From an uncultured Actinomycetes bacterium (GTDB taxonomy: Bacteria; Actinomycetota; Coriobacteriia; Anaerosomatales; PHET01), in assembly GCA_963770765.1 (NCBI GenBank), contig CAVYQS010000005.1, positions 205,242 through 269,241 on the forward strand: a stretch of DNA of 64,000 bases, in the 5' to 3' direction. The position numbers and the translations under genes are program-made. The notes under the pieces were generated by a model. That model did no database searches. It was not told where the DNA came from and saw nothing but the letters and a program-made list of their open reading frames with translations. Positions 54,261 to 64,000 of this stretch are shown one piece after another; positions within the stretch are counted from its first letter, which is position 1, and every line of letters begins with the position of its first letter.

Positions 54261-56546
54261 GTGACCGTGAACGACCTCGCCCCGGAACTCGCCCCGCAGC
54301 TTGCCGAGGAGCTCGGACTCAAGCGCGCCGAGTACCACAAGATCGTCGAGATCCTGGAGCGTGTCCCCACCGTCACCGAGCTCTACATGTACTCGCTGAT
54401 GTGGAGCGAGCACTGCAGCTACAAGCACTCGCGCAAGCAGCTGCGCAACTTCCCCACCGAGGGTCCGGCAGTCCTCCAGGGGCCCGGCGAGAACGCCGGC
54501 GTGATCAGCGTGGGCGACGGCTGGGCGGTCGCCTTCAAGATGGAGTCCCACAACCACCCGAGCGCGATCGAGCCCTACCAGGGGGCGGCGACCGGCGTGG
54601 GTGGCATCATCCGTGACATCTTCACGATGGGCGCACGTCCCATCGGTTCGCTCGACTCGCTGCGCTTCGGGACGCTCGACAAAGCGCGCCAGCGCTACCT
54701 GTTCGAGGGCGCGGTCGCCGGAATCGGCGGCTACGGCAACTGCCTGGGCGTGCCCACGGTGGGTGGCGAGGTGTACTTCGAGGAGGCCTACGAGGGCAAC
54801 TGCCTCATCAACGCCATGTCGATCGGCCTCATGCGCGAGGAGAACCTGACGCGCGCGACGGCCACCGGCCCCGGCAACGTGGTGCTGCTCATCGGCTCGA
54901 CCACCGGCCGCGACGGCATCGGCGGAGCGAGCGTGCTCGCCAGCCAGGAGTTCGACGAGCGCGCCGAGGACAAGCGCCCCGCCGTGCAGGTGGGCGACCC
55001 GTTCGAAGAGAAGCTGCTGATCGAGGCGTGCCTCGAGCTGCTCGACAAGAAGCTGCTCGTCGGTCTCGGCGACCTGGGTGCCGCCGGCCTCACCTCGAGC
55101 GCGAGCGAGATGGCGTCGCGCGGCGGTGTGGGGCTCGATATCGACGTCACGCTCATTCCCGCCCGCGAACTCGAGATGCAGCCCTTCGAGTTCATGGTCT
55201 CCGAGTCGCAAGAGCGCATGCTCGCCGTCGTGACTCCCGAGAAGCTCGACGAGGCCCAGGCCATCTGCGAGAAGTGGGGCCTGCGCTCCACCCAGATCGG
55301 CCAGGTCACCGACACGGGCCGGTTCGTGGTCCGCGCCGGAGAGGCCATCCACGCCGACATCCCGGCCTCCACGCTTGCACACGACGCGCCCATCTACGAC
55401 CCCGCCGCCGAGCGTCCCGCGTATCTCGACGAGCTCCAGGCATTCGACGCCTTCGCCGAGCTCGACCTGCCCGAGGCCCCCGAGCGACTTGGCGAAGTCC
55501 TTCTCGGCCTGCTGGCCAGCCCCAACATCTGCTCGCGCCACTGGATCTGGGAGCAGTACGACCACCAGGTCATGCTCAACACCGTGGTGCTCCCGGGCTC
55601 GGACGCCGCGGTCATCCGCATCGGCGACACCGGCCGGGGCGAGATCACGAACCGCGCGATCGCCGCGTCGAGCGACTGCAACGGCCGCTACTGCTACCTC
55701 GACCCGTACGTGGGCGCGCAGATCGCGTTCGCCGAGGCCGCACGCAACGTGGCGTGCTCGGGGGGCGTGCCGGCCGCGATCACCGACTGCCTCAACTTCG
55801 GATCTCCCGAGAAGCCCGAGGTGTTCTGGACGTTCAAGGAGGCGGTTCGCGGTCTCGCCGACGCCTGCCGGGCCTTTGGTGTGCCGGTCATCTCCGGCAA
55901 CGTGAGCTTCTACAACGAGAGCTTCGGCTCTCCGATCTATCCCACGCCCACGGTCGGCCTGGTCGGTCTGCTCGACGATGTCAGCCAGCACTGCACCTCG
56001 TCGTTCAAGGACGCCGGTGACGTGGTCGTGCTCGTGGGCGAGTCGGCCAACGAGCTAGGTGGCTCCGAGTACCTCAAGGTCGAGCATGAGACCGTCGCCG
56101 GGCGCCCGCCCGCGATCGACCTCGAGCTCGAGCGCGACGTGCAGCAGGCCGTCATCGCGGGCATCCGCAGCGGGCTGATCAAGAGCGCGCACGACTGCTC
56201 CGAGGGCGGCATCGCGGTCGCGCTGGCGGAGAGCTGCATCGCAGGCAACATCGGCGCCGACGTCCACCTGCACGACGACCTGCACCCGGTCGCGTCGCTC
56301 TTCGGTGAGACGCAGAGCCGGATCGTGGTCACGGTCGCCGAGAACGACGCCGACGCCTTCGTGGAGCAGCTCGTGGCAGCGCAGGTGCCGTACAGCGTTC
56401 TGGGCACGGTGGGTGGCGAGCGCCTCACGATCTGCGAGCGGCTCGATGTCTCGCTTGACGAGCTGCGCGACGCCTACATCCCCGCGCTCGAGGCCGCAGT
56501 GCACGCCGCCGAGACGATCTCGACCGAGGAGCTCTTCGAGGGGTAG
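54261..56546 (+). CDS. purL: Phosphoribosylformylglycinamidine synthase subunit PurL
   Basis: WSEHCSYKHS, ESHNHPSAIEPYQGAATGVGG, duplicated AIRS domains. Confidence 0.95.
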   Translation: MTVNDLAPELAPQLAEELGLKRAEYHKIVEILERVPTVTELYMYSLMWSEHCSYKHSRKQLRNFPTEGPAVLQGPGENAGVISVGDGWAVAFKMESHNHPSAIEPYQGAATGVGGIIRDIFTMGARPIGSLDSLRFGTLDKARQRYLFEGAVAGIGGYGNCLGVPTVGGEVYFEEAYEGNCLINAMSIGLMREENLTRATATGPGNVVLLIGSTTGRDGIGGASVLASQEFDERAEDKRPAVQVGDPFEEKLLIEACLELLDKKLLVGLGDLGAAGLTSSASEMASRGGVGLDIDVTLIPARELEMQPFEFMVSESQERMLAVVTPEKLDEAQAICEKWGLRSTQIGQVTDTGRFVVRAGEAIHADIPASTLAHDAPIYDPAAERPAYLDELQAFDAFAELDLPEAPERLGEVLLGLLASPNICSRHWIWEQYDHQVMLNTVVLPGSDAAVIRIGDTGRGEITNRAIAASSDCNGRYCYLDPYVGAQIAFAEAARNVACSGGVPAAITDCLNFGSPEKPEVFWTFKEAVRGLADACRAFGVPVISGNVSFYNESFGSPIYPTPTVGLVGLLDDVSQHCTSSFKDAGDVVVLVGESANELGGSEYLKVEHETVAGRPPAIDLELERDVQQAVIAGIRSGLIKSAHDCSEGGIAVALAESCIAGNIGADVHLHDDLHPVASLFGETQSRIVVTVAENDADAFVEQLVAAQVPYSVLGTVGGERLTICERLDVSLDELRDAYIPALEAAVHAAETISTEELFEG

Positions 56547-56600
56547 GTACTCCCTAGAAGGACTCGGGGGAGGTCCTTCCCAGGCGACGCAGGGTCATCC

Positions 56601-58031
56601 GTGTGTGCTTGGGCACAGATGGTGCGTGCGATCGTCGCGCTCGCGTTGGTGTTCGGGGCCGGTCCATGGTGGGCGGGCGCCGGGGCGCATCTCGCGTGGG
56701 CGACCGACGAGGCTGAAACTCAGCCTGCGTCGGCGACAGTCCCCGCAGCGCGCGCGGTAGAACAGACGGAGTCCTCGCACGCGTCTCAGTACGCCACACC
56801 TGTTGCCACTGTGCTGTCACTGAGCGGTCCCTCGACCATCGAACCCAAGAAGTCCGCGCGAGTCGTTGCGAGCCTCGCCACGACCAGCGGCGTGCCGATT
56901 CCGGGCAAGACGGTGGTCATAGAGCGTATGTCCGGTACCACGGCGGTGCCGATCGCGTCCGGCGCGACCGACGCGGCGGGGCGGTTCTCAGTAGGCGTCG
57001 CGCCCACGTCGAGAATCTGGGTGCGGGCGCGGTTCGCGGCAGATCCGCCGTACCTTGCCGTCACCAGCGCGGTGCTCACCATCGCCCCGAAGGTGCTGCT
57101 GAGCACCCCGTGGACTCACGACAAGATCGCCTACCCCGGCCAGCGGTTGCCCGCTCGCGGCACCCTGTGGCCCAAGCACGCGACTTCGGGCACGGGAACC
57201 CGCATCGTGTGCGAGCGCTACGAGAACGGCAAATGGGTCTACCGCGCGAGCTTCTCGGCGAAGATCGTCAACACGAAGTCGGGGAGTCGATTCAGCGGTG
57301 TCGTCAAGCTGCCGTCGGCCGGGACGTGGCGGCTGCGCGCCAAGCACGCGGACACGGGTCATGCCACGACGTACGGTCCGGCCACCAAGATCAAGGTCAC
57401 GAACTGGCGCAAGCGCTACACCGGCAAGGTCATGCGCGGATTCAAGACCAAGCAGAAGATGGTCGCCATCACCATCGACGACGGACCCAACAGGCGCACC
57501 TTGGAGGTCTGTACGATCCTCGAGCGCTACGGAGGTAGGGGGACCTTCTTCTTCACGCGCCAGCTGCTCAACCGGGGGTACGGTCCTCAGGCCAAGAAGG
57601 CCTACGACCGCGGTCATGAGATCGCGAACCACACCGCGAATCACAAGATGCTCACCGGCTCGTACCTGATGTCGTACCGTCAGGCCTCTCTGCCCATGAC
57701 CACCATCCGGAAGGCCACCGGGTTCTCGCCCACGTGGATCCGAGCCATGGGCGGGGGGATCGACCGCACCGGGATGAGAGCCGTCGTCAAGACCGGTCAG
57801 CTGTACATCAACTGGTCGATCGACTCGTACGACTCACATCGCCGCTACACGCCGCCGAGCACTCTGTATCGCAACGTGATGCGCGGCGTACGCCCGGGCG
57901 CCGTGATCCTCATCCACCAGACGCATCCCGAGACGATCAAGGCGCTCCCTCACATCTGCAAGGAGCTCAAGCGACGCGGCTACAAGATGGTCACGCTCTC
58001 GGAGTTGGCCGCCACGGGCAAGGCGCCGTGA
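56601..58031 (+). CDS. Secreted polysaccharide/peptidoglycan deacetylase (NodB domain) with N-terminal Ig-like region
   Basis: Signal peptide, VAITIDDGPN, HEIANHTANH, LIHQTHP. Confidence 0.8.
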   Translation: MCAWAQMVRAIVALALVFGAGPWWAGAGAHLAWATDEAETQPASATVPAARAVEQTESSHASQYATPVATVLSLSGPSTIEPKKSARVVASLATTSGVPIPGKTVVIERMSGTTAVPIASGATDAAGRFSVGVAPTSRIWVRARFAADPPYLAVTSAVLTIAPKVLLSTPWTHDKIAYPGQRLPARGTLWPKHATSGTGTRIVCERYENGKWVYRASFSAKIVNTKSGSRFSGVVKLPSAGTWRLRAKHADTGHATTYGPATKIKVTNWRKRYTGKVMRGFKTKQKMVAITIDDGPNRRTLEVCTILERYGGRGTFFFTRQLLNRGYGPQAKKAYDRGHEIANHTANHKMLTGSYLMSYRQASLPMTTIRKATGFSPTWIRAMGGGIDRTGMRAVVKTGQLYINWSIDSYDSHRRYTPPSTLYRNVMRGVRPGAVILIHQTHPETIKALPHICKELKRRGYKMVTLSELAATGKAP

Positions 58032-58033
58032 GC

Positions 58034-58870
58034 TCAGATCTGCGGCAGCACCTCGGCCCGTATCTGGCGGTCGAGATCCAGGATCGCGTCACAGATCTCG
58101 ATGATGTTCGCGTTGTGTGACCGCTTCTTGCCCAGCAAGGCGAGCTTGTCGGCAAGGTCGCAGATGTCCGCGATCTCCGCGGAGTTGTCGCACAAGACGA
58201 GTTCGCACGCGACCGTCGAATCACGCTGCCACATCGTGAGAGTGCGGCGCTGAACCCCGCGGATGGCGTCGTAGATGGAGTCGATGCGGCTGTCGTCGAC
58301 CTTGCCGAACAGCGCGTCGTTGCTCGACTCGTAGTGCATCAGGTCCCAGACATCAGACACGAGCTGGCGATAGAGCGAGAAGAACGTCGCCCCCGGTGAG
58401 TCGCGGCGGAACGTGGTGGTCAGCTCCGGGTCGATCTCGCGGTTGATGAGCAGCTGGGACGTGATGCGGTAGAGGTTGCGGTGCTCCTCGAGTTCGCGCA
58501 CGTACGTCGCCAGTTTCGCGTCGACCGACTCGGTGTAGATGCGGCGCAGGATGTAGTCTTGCTTGACCGAGGAGATCTTCGCGACCAGCAGGCCCAGGAA
58601 GGCCAGGCCCACCGTCACCTCGAGACCCACGAGTGCGCGGGCCCAGCCGATGGGCCGGATGTCGCCGTATCCCAGCGAGCTGATCGTCACGATCGAGAAA
58701 TAGAGCGCATCGCCGAAGCCGGGGCTTGCGGTGGTGTCATACGTGAAGACGAGCGAGCCGTGCTCGGCGAGCTGCCAGTATCCCACCGCGAAGGCCAGGA
58801 CCGCAGCGGTGAGCGCGAGCAGCATCTTGCCCAGCCCGATCTCGTTGATGACGTGGAGTAGTCGGTTCAC
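58034..58870 (-). CDS. Two-TM potassium channel family protein with an uncharacterised C-terminal domain
   Basis: Selectivity filter TISSLGYGD. The ~170-aa C-terminal region has no RCK Rossmann motif. Confidence 0.75.
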   Translation of the reverse strand: MNRLLHVINEIGLGKMLLALTAAVLAFAVGYWQLAEHGSLVFTYDTTASPGFGDALYFSIVTISSLGYGDIRPIGWARALVGLEVTVGLAFLGLLVAKISSVKQDYILRRIYTESVDAKLATYVRELEEHRNLYRITSQLLINREIDPELTTTFRRDSPGATFFSLYRQLVSDVWDLMHYESSNDALFGKVDDSRIDSIYDAIRGVQRRTLTMWQRDSTVACELVLCDNSAEIADICDLADKLALLGKKRSHNANIIEICDAILDLDRQIRAEVLPQI

Positions 58871-59041
58871 CCGGGTTGCGCTCCTTCACGCGGTGTCACC
58901 AGCAGTATGCACCGTCCGAGGTCCACCGTGACAGGTGCGGGCACGCGCCGAGCCGCCCCTCGCGACGCGCTCAGTTGGCCCCATCCGTGCTATCCTACGC
59001 GCGTTCCCGCTCCATCGTGGCCACTTGCGAGGACTTCACGC

Positions 59042-60502
59042 ATGAGCTTCGACCCCACCGAGGAACCACTCCTCGCCGATCGACCCGAACACCCGGAAGA
59101 GGCATGTGGCGTCTTTGGCGTCTTCGCCCCCGGGGAGGACGTCGCGCGCCTCACCTACTTCGGCCTTCACGCGCTTCAGCACCGCGGTCAGGAGAGCGCG
59201 GGCATCGCCGTGGGCGACTACGAGACGGTGACCGTCACCAAGAACCTCGGCCTGGTCTCGCGCGTGTTCAAGGAGAGCGACCTGGACTCGCTGACCGGCG
59301 ACGTCGCCATCGGTCATACGCGTTACTCCACGACCGGCTCCTCCACGAGCTGGGAGAACGCTCAGCCCCACCTGTCCACGATCGGCCACCAGGTCATCGC
59401 TCTCGCCCATAACGGCAACCTCGTGAACACGCACGAGCTCCGAGAAGAGCTCAAAGGCCGCGGCCTGCGGTTCCGCTCCACGACCGACTCCGAGGTCATC
59501 GCGACCCTTATCGGCGCGTTCACCCAGGAAAGCAATCACATCCGAACCGGTATCGCCGAGGCCATGAGGCTCATCAGCGGCGCTTACGGTGTCGTGCTCA
59601 TCACCGAGGAAGCCCTGTACGCGTTTCGCGACCCGCACGGGGTGCGCCCCCTCGTCATCGGCGCGCTGGCTGACGACCGGGGTTGGGTCGTGTCGAGCGA
59701 GACATGCGGCCTCGACATCGTGGGCGCCACCTTCATCCGTGACATCGCACCCGGCGAGTCGGTCAAGATCTCTGCCGACGGCGTGGAGTTCCAGCAGGCG
59801 GTGCCGGCCCAGAAGCCTTCCTTGTGCATCTTCGAGTTCGTCTACTTCGCGCGTCCCGACTCCGAGATGTACGACTGCACGCTCTACGAGGCGCGCCGGC
59901 GCATGGGCGAGGCACTTGCTCGGGAAGCCCCTGCCGACGCCGACTTCGTCATGGGAGTCCCCGACTCGGGCATCCCGGCGGCCACGGGCTTCGCGCACCA
60001 GAGCGGACTGCCCTACGGCGAGGGCCTCGCGAAGAACCGCTACGTGGGCCGGACGTTCATCTCGCCCTCGCAGACGCTGCGCCAGCAAGGCATCCGCCTG
60101 AAACTGAACCCGCTGAAGCACGCCATCAAGGGCAAGCGCCTGGTGGTCGTGGACGATTCAATCGTGCGGGGCAACACCACCAAGAAGCTCATCGCGCTGC
60201 TCCGTGAGTCTGGCGCGTCGGAGGTCCATATGCGGATCACGTCGCCCCCGGTCGTGTGGCCGTGCTTCTACGGCATCGACACCGACACCCAGGAGCAGCT
60301 CATCGGTTCGCAGAAGTCGGTCGAGGAGATCCGTGAGTTCGTCGACGCCGACTCGCTTGCCTACCTGTCGCTCGACGCCATGGTCGAGGCGACCGGAGCC
60401 GATAAGGACTCATTCTGTCTGGCCTGTTTCGACGGCAGCTATCCCATCGATATTCCCGAGAGTGTTCGTGACGGGAAGATGGCTCTCGAAAGCTGCAGCT
60501 GA
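59042..60502 (+). CDS. purF: Amidophosphoribosyltransferase
   Basis: EEACGVFGV (Ntn Cys), LQHRGQESAGI, VVVDDSIVRGNT, C-terminal Fe-S cysteines. Confidence 0.95.
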   Translation: MSFDPTEEPLLADRPEHPEEACGVFGVFAPGEDVARLTYFGLHALQHRGQESAGIAVGDYETVTVTKNLGLVSRVFKESDLDSLTGDVAIGHTRYSTTGSSTSWENAQPHLSTIGHQVIALAHNGNLVNTHELREELKGRGLRFRSTTDSEVIATLIGAFTQESNHIRTGIAEAMRLISGAYGVVLITEEALYAFRDPHGVRPLVIGALADDRGWVVSSETCGLDIVGATFIRDIAPGESVKISADGVEFQQAVPAQKPSLCIFEFVYFARPDSEMYDCTLYEARRRMGEALAREAPADADFVMGVPDSGIPAATGFAHQSGLPYGEGLAKNRYVGRTFISPSQTLRQQGIRLKLNPLKHAIKGKRLVVVDDSIVRGNTTKKLIALLRESGASEVHMRITSPPVVWPCFYGIDTDTQEQLIGSQKSVEEIREFVDADSLAYLSLDAMVEATGADKDSFCLACFDGSYPIDIPESVRDGKMALESCS

Positions 60503-62451
60503 TGAGACTCAAGCACAGCGACTACTTCGTTCTCACCGTGATGGTACTCGCCGTCGCGAAAGCGGTCTTGACCCGCTATCTCGCGCTGGGCTCGACGAAC
60601 ATCCCCGTCGGCGTGGTGCTCGAGATGTCGGCGATCGTGCTGTTCATCTGCGTGGTCGATGTTCTGCCGAGTCGCCGGAGACCGCTGATCACCGTCGCCG
60701 CGTACACAGGGCTCGTGCTTCTGATGTGGGCGAACCTGATCTACATCCGCGCATTCGACCAGATCGTCGACCCCGGTATGCTGCAGGCCGCAGGTCAGGT
60801 GGGAACGGTGGCCGACATCGTCCTCGATCTCATGATGCCCGTGCACCTGTTCTACATCCTCGACATCCCGCTGCTCGTGCTCTGGGCGAGCGATCTGGTC
60901 ACGTTCGAGTCGCCGCGGCCCCGGCGAAGCAAGCTGTTCGCCGCGATGGGCGCGGTGGCTCTGGTGCTCACGGTGATCCAGGTGGGCATCGTCACACGCA
61001 TCCCCTCGGCGATGGACAGCATCGCGGTCGCTCGACGCCGCGGCCTGAGCGCCTACCAGATAGCCTCGTTCGCGCGGGGCGAGGATCCGGCCTACGCGTC
61101 GGTGGCGCCACCACCACCTGCGGGGAGCGTGCAACTGTCGCCGGGTGCGGCCATGCAGCAGCGCATCGACGCCTTCCGCTCTGTCGAGCCCACCGGAAGG
61201 GTCGGCGGCGTGGCCTCCGGTGCCTACGCCGACGCCAACGTGATCATGATCCAGGTCGAAGCGCTCCAGGAGATGGCGTACGGCTCCTACTACCGGGGCC
61301 AGGAGATCACACCCAACCTGAACAAGATGGCCGACGATTCCTGGGTGTGCACCAACGCCTTCTCGCAGAGCGGGGTGGGCAACACGTCAGACTCCGAGTT
61401 CACCGCCAACACCTCTTTGCTTCAGCCGGTGGGCAAGGCCGCGGTGCTCGAGTACGTGGATCGCGAGATCCCGTCGATTCCGCGGCTGCTCAACGACAAG
61501 GGCTACCGCACTGTGACGATGCACGGCAACGATGTCGCCTTCTGGAACCGCAAGGAGCTCTACGCATCGCTCGGGTTCCAGCAGTACTACGACCGTGCGG
61601 ACATCGGCACCGTCGACCAGATGTACCGAGGCGCCTCCGATGAGGCCTTCTTCGCCGCTGCGGAGCGCATCATCCTCAACGACCTCGGACGACAGAAGCC
61701 GCTCTACGCGAACCTCATCACGATGTCATCCCACGCACCCTACACTCATGTGCCGTACGACCGCCGCCCGGTCCAGGTTCCCGAATCGCTGCGCGAGAGC
61801 AAGGCCGCCAACTGGGTGGGGGCGATCAGCTACGCCGACATGGCGCTGGGGGACTTCCTCGGGTGGCTCAAGGAGACCGGGCTCTACGACACGTCGATCG
61901 TGATCGTCTACGGCGACCACCAGGCCATCAAGGAACTCGACATCACGGGTGCAGACAAGCAGATCGTCGAGAAGCTTCTGGGGCACCGCTACACCCAGGT
62001 GGATCGGCAGAAGGTACCGCTTCTCATCCACCTGCCGGGACAGACCGACGGCGGCGTGATCAACTCGACCGTGGGCATCACCGACATCGCACCCACGGTG
62101 GCCGACCTGCTCGGAGTCGACATGAGCGAGACTCCGCATCTGGGCCGGAGCATCTTCGCCACCCCGGCCGATCCCCTCGTCATCACCCGCGGGCACTTCC
62201 CGGCGGGGTCGTTCCTCAACGATCGCGTGGCGTTCATGCCCGAGCTCACCTTCGAGGACGGGACCGCCCTGCGGCTCGCCGACGGTGGCAAGGTCACGCC
62301 CTCGGCTACCGAGAAGGCCGACTTCGAGCGAGCGCTCGAGCTCTCCCAGCTGTCCGAGCAGTGGGTGCGCAGCTTGCCCATACGCCCGGACGCCGGGGAC
62401 ATCAAGGACGCGGTCATCCCCAAGGGCGTCAAGAGAGTCCCTGGCGAGTGA
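60502..62451 (+). CDS. LTA synthase (LtaS) family sulfatase-domain membrane protein
   Basis: Five N-terminal TM segments followed by an extracytoplasmic sulfatase-like domain (IMIQVEALQ.., NTSDSEFT, TMHGN). The start overlaps the purF stop. Confidence 0.8.
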   Translation: MRLKHSDYFVLTVMVLAVAKAVLTRYLALGSTNIPVGVVLEMSAIVLFICVVDVLPSRRRPLITVAAYTGLVLLMWANLIYIRAFDQIVDPGMLQAAGQVGTVADIVLDLMMPVHLFYILDIPLLVLWASDLVTFESPRPRRSKLFAAMGAVALVLTVIQVGIVTRIPSAMDSIAVARRRGLSAYQIASFARGEDPAYASVAPPPPAGSVQLSPGAAMQQRIDAFRSVEPTGRVGGVASGAYADANVIMIQVEALQEMAYGSYYRGQEITPNLNKMADDSWVCTNAFSQSGVGNTSDSEFTANTSLLQPVGKAAVLEYVDREIPSIPRLLNDKGYRTVTMHGNDVAFWNRKELYASLGFQQYYDRADIGTVDQMYRGASDEAFFAAAERIILNDLGRQKPLYANLITMSSHAPYTHVPYDRRPVQVPESLRESKAANWVGAISYADMALGDFLGWLKETGLYDTSIVIVYGDHQAIKELDITGADKQIVEKLLGHRYTQVDRQKVPLLIHLPGQTDGGVINSTVGITDIAPTVADLLGVDMSETPHLGRSIFATPADPLVITRGHFPAGSFLNDRVAFMPELTFEDGTALRLADGGKVTPSATEKADFERALELSQLSEQWVRSLPIRPDAGDIKDAVIPKGVKRVPGE

Positions 62452-62456
62452 GCGAG

Positions 62457-62879
62457 ATGCTCGGCGCGCTTGAGGCCGGCGCTGTGCTCGCGGCCGCCTA
62501 CAACCCTGTCTTCGCCGGCGTCTTCTCGGCGGTGTGCGCGGTGTTGTGCGCACGGCGCGGCAGGCCGGGACGCACCGCCTTGGGAGTCGGGATCCTGGTG
62601 GCGGGCTGGCTGCTGGGAGACGGCATGCGGACGATCGCCTCGGCGCGTGATCTGGCAGACGGTGCGGGCGCGCTTCTGCCCTCGGCGGCGGTCGGTCTGA
62701 ACGGAGCCGCCATCGGGCTGTGGGCGGTGCTGGGTTTCTGCGTGGGCTACGTCTTCCCCGCGTGGGCGGGCGCGTTCGTGGGGCGGCGCGTCACCTTCGG
62801 TACCGGCTGGCTCGCGGCCGGCGTGGTGAGCGTGACATGCTCGGGTCTGGTGGCGATGCTGGTGTCCCGGTGGGGGTGA
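62457..62879 (+). CDS. Hypothetical membrane protein
   Basis: 140-aa hydrophobic ORF inside a longer out-of-context track ORF. Confidence 0.45.
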   Translation: MLGALEAGAVLAAAYNPVFAGVFSAVCAVLCARRGRPGRTALGVGILVAGWLLGDGMRTIASARDLADGAGALLPSAAVGLNGAAIGLWAVLGFCVGYVFPAWAGAFVGRRVTFGTGWLAAGVVSVTCSGLVAMLVSRWG

Positions 62880-63012
62880 TGCGCGATCGACTCCCGAGCC
62901 TGCGGGCCATTCGGGCCGCACCGCGACACCGCCCTGCGCTAGAATCCAACTCGCGGGCGCCCGTGTGCGAGCGTACCGCTGTCGACCCGTCACCACAGCA
63001 TCCGGAGCGATC

Positions 63013-64000
63013 ATGACCGAGGACCCGCGCAAACCCGTCACGTACCGCGATGCCGGCGTGGACACCGCCGAGGGAGCGCGCGCGGTCGAGGCGATCCGCG
63101 ACGCGGTCCGCTCCACGTACCGCCCCGAGGTCATCGGCGATATCGGCGGCTTCGGTGGGCTCTTCTCGGCGGCGGCGTTCAAGGAGATGGCCGACCCGGT
63201 CATGGTGAGCGGCACCGACGGGGTGGGCACCAAGCTCAAGCTCGCGCAGTTGCTCGACAGACACGACACGGTGGGCATCGACCTGGTGGCCATGTGCGCG
63301 AACGACATCCTGGTCTCAGGCGCCGAACCGCTGTTCTTCCTCGACTACGTCGCCGTGGGCAGACTCGACTCCGAGCGCATGGCCGCGATCGTGAGCGGCA
63401 TCGCCGAGGGCTGCAAGCAGGCGGGCTGCGCGCTGGTCGGCGGCGAGATGGCCGAGCACCCCGGCACGATGGAACCGGACGACTACGACCTCTCCGGCTT
63501 CTGCGTGGGCGTGGTCGACCGTCCCGCGATGATCACCGGTGAGGCGGTCAAGCCCGGCGACGTGGTGCTGGGACTCGCGTCGAGCGGCCTGCACTCCAAC
63601 GGCTTCTCGCTCGTGCGACGCGCAGTGGTCGAGGATCGCGAGGCCGAACTCGCGCTGCCCCGGGTCGACCTGGGTGGCAAGACGCTGGGAGAGGCGCTGC
63701 TGACGCCCACACGGCTCTATGTGAAGCCGGTGCTGGGGCTGCTGAGAAGCGGTGTACCGGTCAGTGCGATGGCGCACATCACCGGGGGCGGCATCACCGA
63801 GAACCTCGACCGCGTTCTCCCTCACGATTGCGATGCGGTCGTCTACCGCGCGTCGTGGCCGGTACCGCGCGTCATTCAGACCGTTGTCGATTCGGCGTCG
63901 CTTCCCCAAGATGAGGCGTACAAGACGTTCAACATGGGTGTCGGCTTCGCCATCGTGCTGGACAAGAAGAGCGCACCCGAGGCAGCGGCGAAGCTGCGGG
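63013..64000 (+). CDS. purM: Phosphoribosylformylglycinamidine cyclo-ligase (AIR synthetase), 3'-truncated by the window edge
   Basis: YRDAGVDT.., GGFGGLF, SGTDGVGTKLKLA, GGEMAEHPG. Absent from the ORF track because it runs off the end. Confidence 0.9.
   Translation, partial: MTEDPRKPVTYRDAGVDTAEGARAVEAIRDAVRSTYRPEVIGDIGGFGGLFSAAAFKEMADPVMVSGTDGVGTKLKLAQLLDRHDTVGIDLVAMCANDILVSGAEPLFFLDYVAVGRLDSERMAAIVSGIAEGCKQAGCALVGGEMAEHPGTMEPDDYDLSGFCVGVVDRPAMITGEAVKPGDVVLGLASSGLHSNGFSLVRRAVVEDREAELALPRVDLGGKTLGEALLTPTRLYVKPVLGLLRSGVPVSAMAHITGGGITENLDRVLPHDCDAVVYRASWPVPRVIQTVVDSASLPQDEAYKTFNMGVGFAIVLDKKSAPEAAAKLR

Overview
High-GC window (roughly two-thirds G+C by eye) with an Actinomycetota-like gene order. 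I saw no rRNA, tRNA, CRISPR array, transposase or integrase. The backbone is a dispersed purine-biosynthesis string: purB, then purC-purS-purQ, purL, purF and purM, separated by accessory cassettes. Four things stand out.

(1) An ArsR-type operon at 7.0-11.1 kb encodes a Trx_3-like redox protein, an ArsP/DUF318 permease, a USP, a membrane-anchored thioredoxin, CcdA and an ArsD-like Trx-fold protein. The last two redox ORFs carry three in-frame TGA codons in total. Two of these are followed at +23 and +26 nt by hairpins with GGUC apical loops, like the E. coli fdhF SECIS. I read them as candidate selenocysteine (UxxC-type) proteins.

(2) A ~12.5 kb cell-envelope polysaccharide locus lies at 26.3-38.7 kb. 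It contains three non-processive GT2 enzymes, a CelD-like GNAT, a NodB deacetylase, a Wzx flippase, a GT-C/GT39-like enzyme, a BcsA-like processive synthase without a PilZ domain, and two GH26-like hydrolases.

(3) Directly upstream of the second GH26 gene is a strong candidate c-di-GMP-I (GEMM-I) riboswitch whose 3' strand abuts the Shine-Dalgarno sequence.

(4) At least a dozen single-base frameshifts interrupt otherwise well-conserved genes, mostly at G/C homopolymer runs and including the housekeeping gene purB. I suspect consensus indel errors rather than wholesale pseudogenisation. Several long ORFs in the supplied track are chimeras created by these shifts.

Other content: two paralogous RHH/PIN (VapBC-like) modules with palindromic operators, a class II Fic protein, an ECF transporter, CPA2 and CaCA antiporters, a P-type ATPase translationally coupled to two TrkA-like RCK genes, an OmpR/HK pair, MscL with a zinc-ribbon tail, an LtaS-family enzyme and a 2TM K+ channel. 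All functional calls come from motif recognition by eye; no database search was run.
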